Shown: positions 27,170 to 36,292 of the stretch, piece by piece
Layout: every line of letters begins with the position of its first letter
Position numbering within the stretch: the first letter of the stretch is position 1
NCBI GenBank assembly: GCA_044356295.1
Contig: JBIKWN010000013.1
Location: 1 to 50,489 of the forward strand
Direction: 5' to 3'
Source: Bdellovibrionota bacterium
GTDB taxonomy: Bacteria > Bdellovibrionota_C > UBA2361 > JBIKWN01
DNA: 50,489 nt
Notes under the pieces: model-generated
The model's database searches: none
Seen by the model: the letters and a program-made list of their open reading frames with translations, nothing else
Told to the model about the DNA's origin: nothing
Program-made: the position numbers and the translations under genes

Positions 27170-28218
27170 GACTGATGAGCCTCCTTATCAGTACTGGTCC
27201 CAAGATACGCATCAATCACTTTTTGATTATTTTGAATTTCTGCAGGTGTTCCTTCAGCGATTTTCTTACCATTTTGTAAAACGATAATTCTATCTGAAAT
27301 TGCCATAACAACTTTCATATGATGTTCAATCAGCACGACTGCAATATTTTGATTTTTTATATTTTGTATAAGGTCTGCTAGTTGTTTCCCTTCGCTTGGA
27401 TTTAATCCCGCAGCTGGCTCATCGAGTAAAAGTACTTTGGGATTAGTGGCAAGAGCGCGTGCGATTTCTACTCTTCGCCGTTCACCGTATGAAAGGCTTG
27501 AAGCATTTTGATTTCTTTTTTCAAAAAGACCAACATTTTTTAATAATGCTTCTACTTTTATTGTGTCATGTTGGGTGATATTTTTTTCAAAAAGAAATGG
27601 GAAGAAGGCTCCGATAATTGAGGGGCTTTGTTGGCTCCTCATACCTAATAATACATTTTCAAAAACTGTCATTGATGAAAACAAACGAATATTTTGAAAT
27701 GTTCGTGCTAGCCCAGCTTGACTACAGACTGGAGGACAGAAAAGAAAGTCTTCTTCAATTTTCTGTATTGCAAAAAATGCAATGATTAACGTAACAGTAA
27801 AGCAAAGTATAAAGGGAGTTGGTTCAGAAGTAACAGTTTGTAATATACCTTTAATAATCCACGACCAATCATACGCTTCGCCGTATACATAATGGAGATT
27901 AATAGTCTGTTCCCAAAGCGAATTTATAAAGATTAACGTAGTAATAAGAATGCCGACAAATATTGAACAGAGTAAGAGTGTTAGAAATGAGGAATAACCT
28001 TTTTTTACAGTGCTGCCGGAAACGAGCACTTGTCCAGAGGTAGGTTCATAGATACCGGTAATCGCGTTAAAAAGAGATGTTTTTCCTGCACCATTAGGAC
28101 CTATAATTGATAACACTTCATTTGAAAAAGCTTTTAGATCCACATCTTCAACGGCAGTTAATCCACCAAATTTTAAGGTAACTTTTTCAGTAGTAAGTAT
28201 TGGGGTGCTTGATGTCAT
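27166..28218 (-). CDS. livG: LivG-type ABC ATPase with an internal hydrophobic insertion
   Basis: KFGGLTAV, GPNGAGKT, ARTFQNIRLF, LSYGERRRVEIARALA, DEPAAG, IEHHM, VIDAYLG; 350 aa. Confidence 0.9.
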   Translation of the reverse strand: MTSSTPILTTEKVTLKFGGLTAVEDVDLKAFSNEVLSIIGPNGAGKTSLFNAITGIYEPTSGQVLVSGSTVKKGYSSFLTLLLCSIFVGILITTLIFINSLWEQTINLHYVYGEAYDWSWIIKGILQTVTSEPTPFILCFTVTLIIAFFAIQKIEEDFLFCPPVCSQAGLARTFQNIRLFSSMTVFENVLLGMRSQQSPSIIGAFFPFLFEKNITQHDTIKVEALLKNVGLFEKRNQNASSLSYGERRRVEIARALATNPKVLLLDEPAAGLNPSEGKQLADLIQNIKNQNIAVVLIEHHMKVVMAISDRIIVLQNGKKIAEGTPAEIQNNQKVIDAYLGTSTDKEAHQS

Positions 28219-29216
28219 GTCGCAGACTTCCTGTATTTAAACTGCATAACAATGACTAATGCCAATCCAAAAATCATATATTTGTAATTATTTGGAGAGG
28301 CAAAAACAGAAGATGAAAGAGTCCCATTTGCCCCTTGTAAAAGTGAGGCAATTTTGACAAGAACAATTGAATTTAATCCAACCATAATCAGAGCTCCAAT
28401 CAGAACTCCAAAAAGATCACCAAGTCCTCCAACAATGACTATACACAGTGCGAGTGCTGATACATTGAAATCAAAATTCCCTGGTTCTCCACTTGAGCCT
28501 AAAAAACTTGCCCACAAAGCTCCTGCAATTGCTGCTAGCGCAGCACTTAACATGAAACTTATTGTTTTAATTTTAAATGGTGTGAATCCCAAGGAACTAG
28601 CAGCAAGTTCATCATCACGAATAGCTTTTAATGATCGACCAAGCCTTGAGACTTCAATCTGTTTTGCTATAAAAAAAATGACCGCTGTAATTGCTAATAA
28701 AAGATAGTACCACCTCATAGGCTCAGAGGAAGAAACACTCAATCCAAAAAAATCGGGTGAAGGAAGTGGATTGATACCCTGAGTTCCTTTTGTAATGCCA
28801 TCGAGGTTTCTTAATATATCTTGAACGATTTCTCCAAACCCAAGAGTTACGATTGCAAGATAGTCTCCACGAAGGCGAAGGGTTGGAAGTCCAAGTGCGA
28901 GTCCTGCAAAGCTTCCGATAATAATTGCAACAAATAGTCCTCCAAAAAAAGAAAGCTGAAAGGGATAGATCGCACTTGTAGAAATTGCATATGAGTAACT
29001 ACCAAGAGCCATAAATCCTGCAACCCCTAAGCTGAGTAATCCTGTAAATCCAGAAAGAATATGGAGTGAGATTCCCAAAATTGAAAATATGAATATATTT
29101 TTTAATGGTTCAGTAATCTCAGATAGCGTAGGAAAGAATATTGAAAAAAGAGGCAGTGCTATCAGAATTGCAAGTGCAATAAGAAGTTTTCTATCTGAAG
29201 GATTAACATGCATCAT
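28215..29216 (-). CDS. livM: BCAA ABC transporter permease LivM
   Basis: GFTGLLSLG, PTLRLRGDYLAIVTLGFGEI, GRSLKAIRDDELAA. Confidence 0.93.
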   Translation of the reverse strand: MMHVNPSDRKLLIALAILIALPLFSIFFPTLSEITEPLKNIFIFSILGISLHILSGFTGLLSLGVAGFMALGSYSYAISTSAIYPFQLSFFGGLFVAIIIGSFAGLALGLPTLRLRGDYLAIVTLGFGEIVQDILRNLDGITKGTQGINPLPSPDFFGLSVSSSEPMRWYYLLLAITAVIFFIAKQIEVSRLGRSLKAIRDDELAASSLGFTPFKIKTISFMLSAALAAIAGALWASFLGSSGEPGNFDFNVSALALCIVIVGGLGDLFGVLIGALIMVGLNSIVLVKIASLLQGANGTLSSSVFASPNNYKYMIFGLALVIVMQFKYRKSAT

Positions 29217-30175
29217 TAAACTTTATCGTGAATTTTTCTTCCAAGAATTCCTTGAGGTCGAAAGATAAGTGTTGCCATTAACAAGGAAAAGACTACTGCG
29301 TTTGTCCACTCAGTTGCGATAAATTGATCGCTCATTGAACGAATAATACCTATCATGATGCCTCCAAGCACTGCTCCTGGAAGGCTTCCAATGCCACCAA
29401 GTACAGCAGCCGAGAAAGCATCAATACCAACACGAAAACCCATCTGAAAAAAAACTGTGTTGTTATAAAGGCAGTACATGAGTGCTGCAATCCCAGCAAG
29501 AAATCCTCCAACAAAAAAAGTTTGAGCAGTGACTCTCTCTACGTTAATTCCCATTAGCTGCGCAGTGGATCTATCCTCAGCAAGGGCTCGCATAGCTTTA
29601 CCCGTTTTTGTTTTCTTTACCCAATAGGTAAGAGCTACCATCAGCGGAATTGTAACTGCGGCGATGATAACTTCTCGAAGGGTAAGGAGGATCGATGAAT
29701 CTCCCAGTAGATTTTCAAATGATAGCAAAGCAGGGAAATCTTTAGGGGAAGCAGCGGATCGCCCAAATGAAAAAACTTCCATAGGAAGTCCACCCCAAAA
29801 AAGACCAATATTAATTAATATAAACGAAACGCCGATTGCAGAAACAAGGGGAGCAAGACGAGGAGCGTTTCTTAAAGGACGATACGCAAATCGGTTTATT
29901 ATGCAGTTCACAGTCCCGCAGAAAATACCAGAAACAAGGGCACACAGCGTAATAGTAAAGAGACAACTCATCATGGAGGAATCAGCAGTCGACCCAAGTA
30001 ATCCAAGTATCGTAAGACACACATAACTGCCCAACATAAAAAGATCACCATGAGCAAAATTTATAAGCTCAAGTATGCCGTATACCATAGTATAACCGAG
30101 GGCTATCAGCGCAATGATCATTCCATTTGATAATCCAATGATTATTTGTTGTAAGATTATTTCAAAAGTTGACAT
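29216..30175 (-). CDS. livH: BCAA ABC transporter permease LivH
   Basis: ALIALGYTMVYGILELINFAHGD, GKAMRA, AAVLGGIGSLPGAVLGG, RPQGILG. Confidence 0.94.
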   Translation of the reverse strand: MSTFEIILQQIIIGLSNGMIIALIALGYTMVYGILELINFAHGDLFMLGSYVCLTILGLLGSTADSSMMSCLFTITLCALVSGIFCGTVNCIINRFAYRPLRNAPRLAPLVSAIGVSFILINIGLFWGGLPMEVFSFGRSAASPKDFPALLSFENLLGDSSILLTLREVIIAAVTIPLMVALTYWVKKTKTGKAMRALAEDRSTAQLMGINVERVTAQTFFVGGFLAGIAALMYCLYNNTVFFQMGFRVGIDAFSAAVLGGIGSLPGAVLGGIMIGIIRSMSDQFIATEWTNAVVFSLLMATLIFRPQGILGRKIHDKV

Positions 30176-30195
30176 TTCAATGAATGATACAGAAA

Positions 30196-31407
30196 TTAAT
30201 TAAGTGAGGATAAGAACGCATAACGACCACTGCGAACAATATTCCCAGACATAATAGTTGAAGTTGTATCACCATGAGCATCGAATGACCATCTGCCCAG
30301 AATTCCATCAAAGTTCGTCGTCTGTGCTATCGCTTCACGAATTTTCTTTCTATCATTCGATTTTGTTTTCTCGATTGCATCAAGTACTACCATAGTTGTT
30401 TCATATGCATACGAAGCATACGATTCGGGTTCAGTATTGTATTTTTCTTTGAAATTTTTATAAAAAAGGGCACCTTTTCCAGTGAGTTTATCAGAGGGAA
30501 GTCCTCCAAAAGTTATATAAACATTACCTTCACTATTTTCTTTTCCAGCAGCATCGATGAAGGCTTGTTCAAAGCAACCATCAGGAGCCATAAACTTTGC
30601 CTTTACACCAACCATTCGTAGGTCTTTTACTATTTGTCCACCATTGGTCTGTGTGGTACCACCAAAGTAAACAAGGTCAGGACCAGTCGCTTTAATTTTT
30701 GTTGCAAGGGATCGGTAGTTTGATGCTTTGGGGTCAATGCCTTCATTACCTAAAACAGTCAGACCAATTTCTTTGGAAGTTTTATCAAATATTGAAGCGA
30801 TCCCTTTTCCGTATAATTCTTTATCATGAAGAACATACACTTTTGTGGCACCTAAATTTTTTGCCCAGCGAGCGCCTACCGAGCCCTGAAGATCATCGGC
30901 TGGAACGAGTCGAAAAAAACTTGGGACTCCTGATGGTTGGTATATTTTTGGTTCATTTGCTTCACCAAGTCCTGGTTTTGTAAGACCAGGCCACGTTGAA
31001 AAACCTAATTGTGATATCGAGACTGCATTGTATTTTGGTAGAGAAATTTTTGTTGCACCGGAATTATAGCCAATAGCTGCTACAATAGTTGGATCTTTAA
31101 TTGCTTTTTCGGCATTGGCTGACTCAATAGCAGGATCCCAATTGCCGCGTTCAGGGGAAGAGTTATCCCAATCTTCATACACAATATCATGTCCTCCTGC
31201 TTTACCATGTCGCTCATCAATAGCCATACGTATTGCATTTACCATAGCTGAGGTTTGAGTATTGGCGCTGCCGGTTCTGGGTAATGAAGAGATGATTTTA
31301 ATAGTCTCAGCACAAGAATAGGTGACACCGAGTGAACACGACAAAATTACCCCTAAAAGACTGGATAAAAATGACGAAAAAGAGAGAGATAAAATACGTA
31401 GATTCAT
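30196..31407 (-). CDS. livK: BCAA ABC transporter periplasmic binding protein (LivJ/K family; ATG at 31407 preferred)
   Basis: Signal peptide, IKIISSLPRTG, FFRLVPADDLQG, LHDKELYGKGIA, GPDLVYFGG, FDAHGD; first gene of the liv operon. Confidence 0.88.
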   Translation of the reverse strand: MNLRILSLSFSSFLSSLLGVILSCSLGVTYSCAETIKIISSLPRTGSANTQTSAMVNAIRMAIDERHGKAGGHDIVYEDWDNSSPERGNWDPAIESANAEKAIKDPTIVAAIGYNSGATKISLPKYNAVSISQLGFSTWPGLTKPGLGEANEPKIYQPSGVPSFFRLVPADDLQGSVGARWAKNLGATKVYVLHDKELYGKGIASIFDKTSKEIGLTVLGNEGIDPKASNYRSLATKIKATGPDLVYFGGTTQTNGGQIVKDLRMVGVKAKFMAPDGCFEQAFIDAAGKENSEGNVYITFGGLPSDKLTGKGALFYKNFKEKYNTEPESYASYAYETTMVVLDAIEKTKSNDRKKIREAIAQTTNFDGILGRWSFDAHGDTTSTIMSGNIVRSGRYAFLSSLN

Positions 31408-31446
31408 AGCGGTTGAGTATAGGAAACTATACACTTGAGTTCCACT

Positions 31447-32202
31447 ATGAATTTACTTTTGTTTTATCCTGATGAAATCCAATCTGAGGGGGTCGCCACT
31501 GTAACCGGACCTCGTGCTGTGAATATTATCAAGCAACATGAGATAACTAAGACAGGAATATCTTTAAAAGCTGGTGTTCGAGGCGGGCGGATTGGCAAAG
31601 CCCTTGTTACGACATTTGATATCAATGTCGTTGGACACGAAAAAATTGACTTTCAAACCTCTTTCACTAAAGAACCACCACAGCGAAATGACATTGAGGT
31701 AATTATTGGACTACCTCGTCCACAAACAGTCAAAAAAATTATTCAAGTAGCAACCAGCTTTGGAATTGCTTCGATTCACTTTGTTCCTTTTGAAAAAACT
31801 ATTAAGTCATATCAATCTTCGAAAATTTGGACGAGCGAAAATATTGAAAATGAGATTACGGAATCACTTCAGCAAGTATGTGATACATGTGCCCCAAATT
31901 TGTTTCGTTATTCTACATTAAAAGAATTTTATTCTGATTTTGTAGATCCTCTTCCAACATTTTGGCAACAAACCGTTGTGTTTGATTCTCGAGGTGCAAT
32001 AAATACGAATCAACATTCAACTTTTAAATATCTAATGTTTGGTCCGGAATCGGGATTTTCAGATTCAGAATTAGAGTTATTTTCTAACCGAGCTGTAACT
32101 CTTGCATCACTCGGTCAACGAATGCTTCGACTCGAGCATGCTTTATGTGCAAGTTTGCAAACATACTCGAATACCAATCATTCTACCCAGCTCAATTTCT
32201 AG
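31447..32202 (+). CDS. rsmE: 16S rRNA m3U1498 methyltransferase RsmE
   Basis: GLPRPQ, LQQ.CDT..P, SPOUT C-terminus FGPESGFS..E...SLGQRMLRLEHA. The ATG at 31447 gives MNLLLF. Confidence 0.88.
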   Translation: MNLLLFYPDEIQSEGVATVTGPRAVNIIKQHEITKTGISLKAGVRGGRIGKALVTTFDINVVGHEKIDFQTSFTKEPPQRNDIEVIIGLPRPQTVKKIIQVATSFGIASIHFVPFEKTIKSYQSSKIWTSENIENEITESLQQVCDTCAPNLFRYSTLKEFYSDFVDPLPTFWQQTVVFDSRGAINTNQHSTFKYLMFGPESGFSDSELELFSNRAVTLASLGQRMLRLEHALCASLQTYSNTNHSTQLNF

Positions 32203-33436
32203 CTTTTGAGATGATCATTTTTGCAAGGGTTTCTCCTGCAAGAAAAGCGCCTTCTATCGAGCTTGTTTCTGTATAATCCCCACCTAAAAAAATCGACTCT
32301 GATAAGGCTTTTGTTCTATGCCAAGGAGTTAATGCACCTGCAGGCTGAGCAGGCAAAGCGTCATATATAGTTTGAAAATCGAGTAGTTTCCAGTCGAGTG
32401 TTGGCTGACCAAAAAATGAAAAAAGCTCTAATTTTACTTTCTCAATAATTTCATTCTTTGAAAGAGTGCACGATGAATTGATAGTGATAGATATGAGGGA
32501 TCTATGATCTGGAGAATATGAAGGTTGAATATTTGAGATAGGACAGAGATGAAGGACGATACCGAAAGGATCAGGATTTAAAAAAATCATTTTTTCTTTA
32601 TACGGGGGGTGCTCTGAAGTAAAATGTATCGTAGTCGTTTTTTTGAAATCAGCGATTAATGGAATTTTTCTTTGAAGAAGTGTTGAAGCACTGCGAGCAT
32701 CTGTAGCAATGACGATTGCATCAGCATTTAATGTTTCCCCGTGCTCGGTTGTAATGGACTTATTTGTTAGTGAAAGAATTTTTGTGTCTAAAAAAAGTTT
32801 ATGTGAAGGAATGGTTTGTGATAATTCCAAGGGGATCGCTTTCATACCATCTTTTGGTAAACAAGCATTTCCAGTAACGAAGTTTCTAAATGTAAAATCA
32901 AAAAACTTTGATGATGTTGAAAGCGTTTCATCGAGAAAGACACCACCAAAGAATGGACGAAAGAAACTTTGTATTGCTGACTCAGAAAGACCTAACTGCT
33001 GTAACAGATCAGATGTTGTTATTTCAGATAGCGAATCTCGACCGATCTGATTTCCCCCAAAGATACTTTTTAGGATCATTTTTAAAATGATCAGTTTATC
33101 GGTCACCGAAAAAAATGGTGCTTTGAGAGTAGAAAAAAATAGTTCTGGATGTTTTACAGGATTGCCGATTTTGTGATTTTTAATCCACGCACCTGATTCA
33201 AAGTTACAGAGTTTTAATTTCTCATAACTGATGAATTTAGATGGTGTTTTATAGCTATCAAAGAAAACTTGAAACCCGTTATCTATTTGAAATCCTTCAA
33301 TTTTTTTAGTTTTAATTCGACCGCCAGTTTCATTACTACACTCAAAAATACGGTAGTCGATATGAGCTTTTTCTAGCTCTACTGCTGCGGCGAGCCCAGT
33401 GATGCCGGCTCCTATAATAATTACTGTTGGATTCAT
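32192..33436 (-). CDS. FAD-dependent oxidoreductase (amine oxidase / protoporphyrinogen oxidase / carotene desaturase superfamily)
   Basis: IIGAGITGL, GGRIKT...DNGFQV, FFRPFFGGVFL, GDYTETSSIEGAFLAG. Confidence 0.88.
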   Translation of the reverse strand: MNPTVIIIGAGITGLAAAVELEKAHIDYRIFECSNETGGRIKTKKIEGFQIDNGFQVFFDSYKTPSKFISYEKLKLCNFESGAWIKNHKIGNPVKHPELFFSTLKAPFFSVTDKLIILKMILKSIFGGNQIGRDSLSEITTSDLLQQLGLSESAIQSFFRPFFGGVFLDETLSTSSKFFDFTFRNFVTGNACLPKDGMKAIPLELSQTIPSHKLFLDTKILSLTNKSITTEHGETLNADAIVIATDARSASTLLQRKIPLIADFKKTTTIHFTSEHPPYKEKMIFLNPDPFGIVLHLCPISNIQPSYSPDHRSLISITINSSCTLSKNEIIEKVKLELFSFFGQPTLDWKLLDFQTIYDALPAQPAGALTPWHRTKALSESIFLGGDYTETSSIEGAFLAGETLAKMIISKARN

Positions 33437-33467
33437 ACGATATTTTAAAGATAAATATTCTCTATTT

Positions 33468-33483
33468 GCAACATTTATGTTAC
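33468..33483. promoter_or_regulatory. Candidate operator palindrome in the divergent intergenic region
   Basis: GcAACAT-tt-ATGTTaC, midway between the starts at 33436 (-) and 33516 (+). A second AT-rich dyad, atttaa-gt-ttaaat, lies at 33495-33508. Confidence 0.35.
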
Positions 33484-33515
33484 TTTTGTGGGGTATTTAA
33501 GTTTAAATCAAATAT

Positions 33516-34421
33516 ATGGTTGAAAGCCAAATAAAAACCTTCCAAAAACTTCTTCTAGAATCCCTCTTGAAAGGAGACTCGCAAGCAGTTGGTAACATCT
33601 TGGATGAGTCTCTCGATTCTGAAATATCATTGCAAACACTTTATGTGGATATCTTGCCTGGAGTTCAATGCGCAATTGGAGATATGTGGATAAATGGAAA
33701 GATATCAATTGCTGAAGAGCATCGTGCCACTCAAATCGTACTCGAACATCTCCCGCGTATTCGTCAAAATATTCGTCCAAGAAAACCGTTGGGAGTAAAA
33801 GCTGTTATCGCATCTCTGCCAGGTGATCAACATTTTCTGGGAGGAAGAATTATTAGCGATCTTTTGATTCTTGATGGGTGGGAGGTTGATTTTCTCGGAG
33901 CGGATACACCAATAGATGACATAGTGAATCATGCAAAAAATGTGAATGCTACATTAGTAGGTTTGTCACTTTCTGATTCAAGTTACTTAACGACAGCGCG
34001 AGAAGTGATTTTAAAATTAAAAGCATCAATGCAAGATATAAAAATAATAGTTGGAGGAAGAGGAGTTATGAAAAAAGAAGAAGCAAATACTATTGGAGCT
34101 GACGTGATAGTGTCAGATGGTTCACAAACAATTAATGAGGCAAGAAAGATTGCCGGAATTGAAGGATCTGCCAATGCCCTTTACCAAACCCTTGGGGAAA
34201 TTGGCGCCAAAATTCATCATTACCGTAAATCTCAAAAGATGTCTCAAGAAAAACTATCGGCAGGTTCTGGGCTTGATAGGGCTTACATCAGTTCAGTAGA
34301 GAATGGTAAGCAAAATGTAACTATCGGAGCTTTGCTTAAACTGGCTGATGCATTAGGTGTCGATTTATCCGATCTTATCAATCATAATACTCAACAGAAA
34401 ACTACAAGTTTAAACGCATAA
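33516..34421 (+). CDS. Cobalamin-binding (CarH/AerR-type sensor) protein with a C-terminal XRE HTH
   Basis: W-x9-EH (WINGKISIAEEH), DxHxxG (DQHFLG), FLGADTP, VGLS, VGG; then YRKSQKMSQEKLS..SGLDRAYISSVENGKQNVTI..L.KLADALGV. Confidence 0.88.
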   Translation: MVESQIKTFQKLLLESLLKGDSQAVGNILDESLDSEISLQTLYVDILPGVQCAIGDMWINGKISIAEEHRATQIVLEHLPRIRQNIRPRKPLGVKAVIASLPGDQHFLGGRIISDLLILDGWEVDFLGADTPIDDIVNHAKNVNATLVGLSLSDSSYLTTAREVILKLKASMQDIKIIVGGRGVMKKEEANTIGADVIVSDGSQTINEARKIAGIEGSANALYQTLGEIGAKIHHYRKSQKMSQEKLSAGSGLDRAYISSVENGKQNVTIGALLKLADALGVDLSDLINHNTQQKTTSLNA

Positions 34422-34431
34422 GTATTTTGTA

Positions 34432-35214
34432 ATGTATTTTGTTGATGTATTTATAGAGGTCGCCATCGGCGCGTCGCTACTCATGTTTGTTGGATGGGTT
34501 AGTGCTGTCATCCGCGGCCGCGCCGAAATTGTTGATGTTTTGTGGAGTCTCGGTACTGGGGCGGCAGGAGTTTGGTTTGCCTACCGATTAGATGGAGACG
34601 AGAATAGACGACTTCTTCTTGCAGCATTAACTGGATTATGGGGAATGCGATTAGGGATCCATTTGATTCAAGATAGACTCCTTGCTCCACATGAAGACGG
34701 CAGGTACCAAGATCTAAGAAGATCATGGGGGAGTGCTACAAACAAAAATCTTTTTATTTTTTTCCAACTACAGGCTTTCTTAATTCCATTTCTTGGTACT
34801 GCCGCATTTGCAGTCGCTTCAAATCAGCGTCCTATTTACTGGTATGATTATCTATCCATTATTATTGCTATTATTGCTCTTACTGGGGAAGCAATTGCAG
34901 ATAGTCAATTGAGTACTTATAAAAAAACAGCTAAGCCAGGTGGTATTTGTGATGTAGGTTTGTGGAGTTGGACAAGACATCCGAACTATTTTTTTGAATG
35001 GATGTATTGGATGAGTTTCCCAATTCTTGCTTGGGGAGGAGACTATTTCTGGTTTGTTATTTTATCCCCACTACTGATTTTTTATCTTATTAATTATGTT
35101 ACTGGGATTCCTCCTACAGAAGCCCGAATGCTCGAACGCCGAGGAGAGCCATTTCTTGCATATCAAAAAAGAGTGAGCGCTTTTTGGCCTCGACCTCCTA
35201 AGAAAATTTTATAA
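34432..35214 (+). CDS. DUF1295 family membrane protein (steroid 5-alpha-reductase-like)
   Basis: VDVLWS, WGMRLG.H, EDGRY..LR, E.IAD.QL, GLWSWTRHPNYFFEW, YQKRVSAFWP. Confidence 0.92.
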   Translation: MYFVDVFIEVAIGASLLMFVGWVSAVIRGRAEIVDVLWSLGTGAAGVWFAYRLDGDENRRLLLAALTGLWGMRLGIHLIQDRLLAPHEDGRYQDLRRSWGSATNKNLFIFFQLQAFLIPFLGTAAFAVASNQRPIYWYDYLSIIIAIIALTGEAIADSQLSTYKKTAKPGGICDVGLWSWTRHPNYFFEWMYWMSFPILAWGGDYFWFVILSPLLIFYLINYVTGIPPTEARMLERRGEPFLAYQKRVSAFWPRPPKKIL

Positions 35215-35254
35215 CTTTTGTTTTGCTCGAATAGTAATAAAGGTATAGTAAATC

Positions 35255-36289
35255 ATGCTTGAAACAATTGTTGAATCAAACCTAGTACCAGATTTCCTTA
35301 TAAGAAAAACAATACATAAGTTCTGTAAAGAAAGACTTGATCAGCAATTATCGCTGATTGAAAAATCGGGATACGATGAAAAGAGATCTTTTGTTCGTTC
35401 TCTTTCAGAAAGTCCTATAGCTATAGTTCCAGAAAAGGCTAACGAGCAGCACTATGAAGTACCCGCTTCATTCTATGATCTCTGTCTAGGTAAAAGAAAA
35501 AAATATAGCTCATGCTACTACGATGAATCAGTTCGCTCACTTGATGAAGCAGAAGAACGAATGCTCGCGCTTTATTTTGAGAGAGCAGAATTTCAAGATG
35601 GACAATCAATCCTTGAACTTGGATGTGGTTGGGGATCCTTAACATTATATCTTGCTGAGCGTTTACCAAATGCTTCAATTACTGGTGTTTCGAATTCACG
35701 TTCACAGAAAGAGTATATATTGTCTGAGGCAAATAAACGTGGGTTATCAAATGTCTCAATTATAACATGCGATATGAATGAGTTTTCGATCGAGAAAAAA
35801 TTCGATCGAATTATTTCTATTGAAATGTTCGAACACATGAGGAATTGGGATAAGCTTTTTCAGCGAGTGTCGAGTTGGCTCAACGACGACGGCAAGTTCT
35901 TTATGCATATTTTTACCCATCGAACGTTTGCTTATCCTTATGAAGATAAAGGTGCTTCAGATTGGATGTCTCGATATTTTTTTAGTGGCGGGATGATGCC
36001 TTCTGATGATCTGCCACTTTATTTCCAAGATCACCTTTCTATTGATGACCATTGGATGCTTTCTGGAACTCATTATGAAAAAACTGCGAGGGACTGGCTC
36101 GATAAACTTGATGCTAACCAAAAGAAAGCTATAGATTTATTTGAGCAAACATATGGCAAAGGTCAAGGAACCAAGTGGTATGTTCGCTGGAGACTTTTCT
36201 TCATGGCGTGCGAAGAGCTCTTTGGGTTTGATGATGGTAAAGAATGGGGTGTTTCTCACTACCGATTTACAAAACGAAGAGTCAATTAG
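35255..36289 (+). CDS. Cfa/coclaurine-N-methyltransferase-like SAM-dependent methyltransferase
   Basis: ANEQHYEVP..F...LG...KYSSC, ILELGCGWGS, SIEMFEHMRN, WMSRYFFSGG.MPS, FFMACEELFG. Confidence 0.92.
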   Translation: MLETIVESNLVPDFLIRKTIHKFCKERLDQQLSLIEKSGYDEKRSFVRSLSESPIAIVPEKANEQHYEVPASFYDLCLGKRKKYSSCYYDESVRSLDEAEERMLALYFERAEFQDGQSILELGCGWGSLTLYLAERLPNASITGVSNSRSQKEYILSEANKRGLSNVSIITCDMNEFSIEKKFDRIISIEMFEHMRNWDKLFQRVSSWLNDDGKFFMHIFTHRTFAYPYEDKGASDWMSRYFFSGGMMPSDDLPLYFQDHLSIDDHWMLSGTHYEKTARDWLDKLDANQKKAIDLFEQTYGKGQGTKWYVRWRLFFMACEELFGFDDGKEWGVSHYRFTKRRVN

Positions 36290-36292
36290 TAC

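Noticed and set aside
33516..34421. Naming the gene carH/litR or a corrinoid methyltransferase protein
   Set aside because: There is no N-terminal MerR domain. W-x9-EH plus an XRE HTH argues against a methyl-carrier corrinoid protein, so no symbol was assigned.
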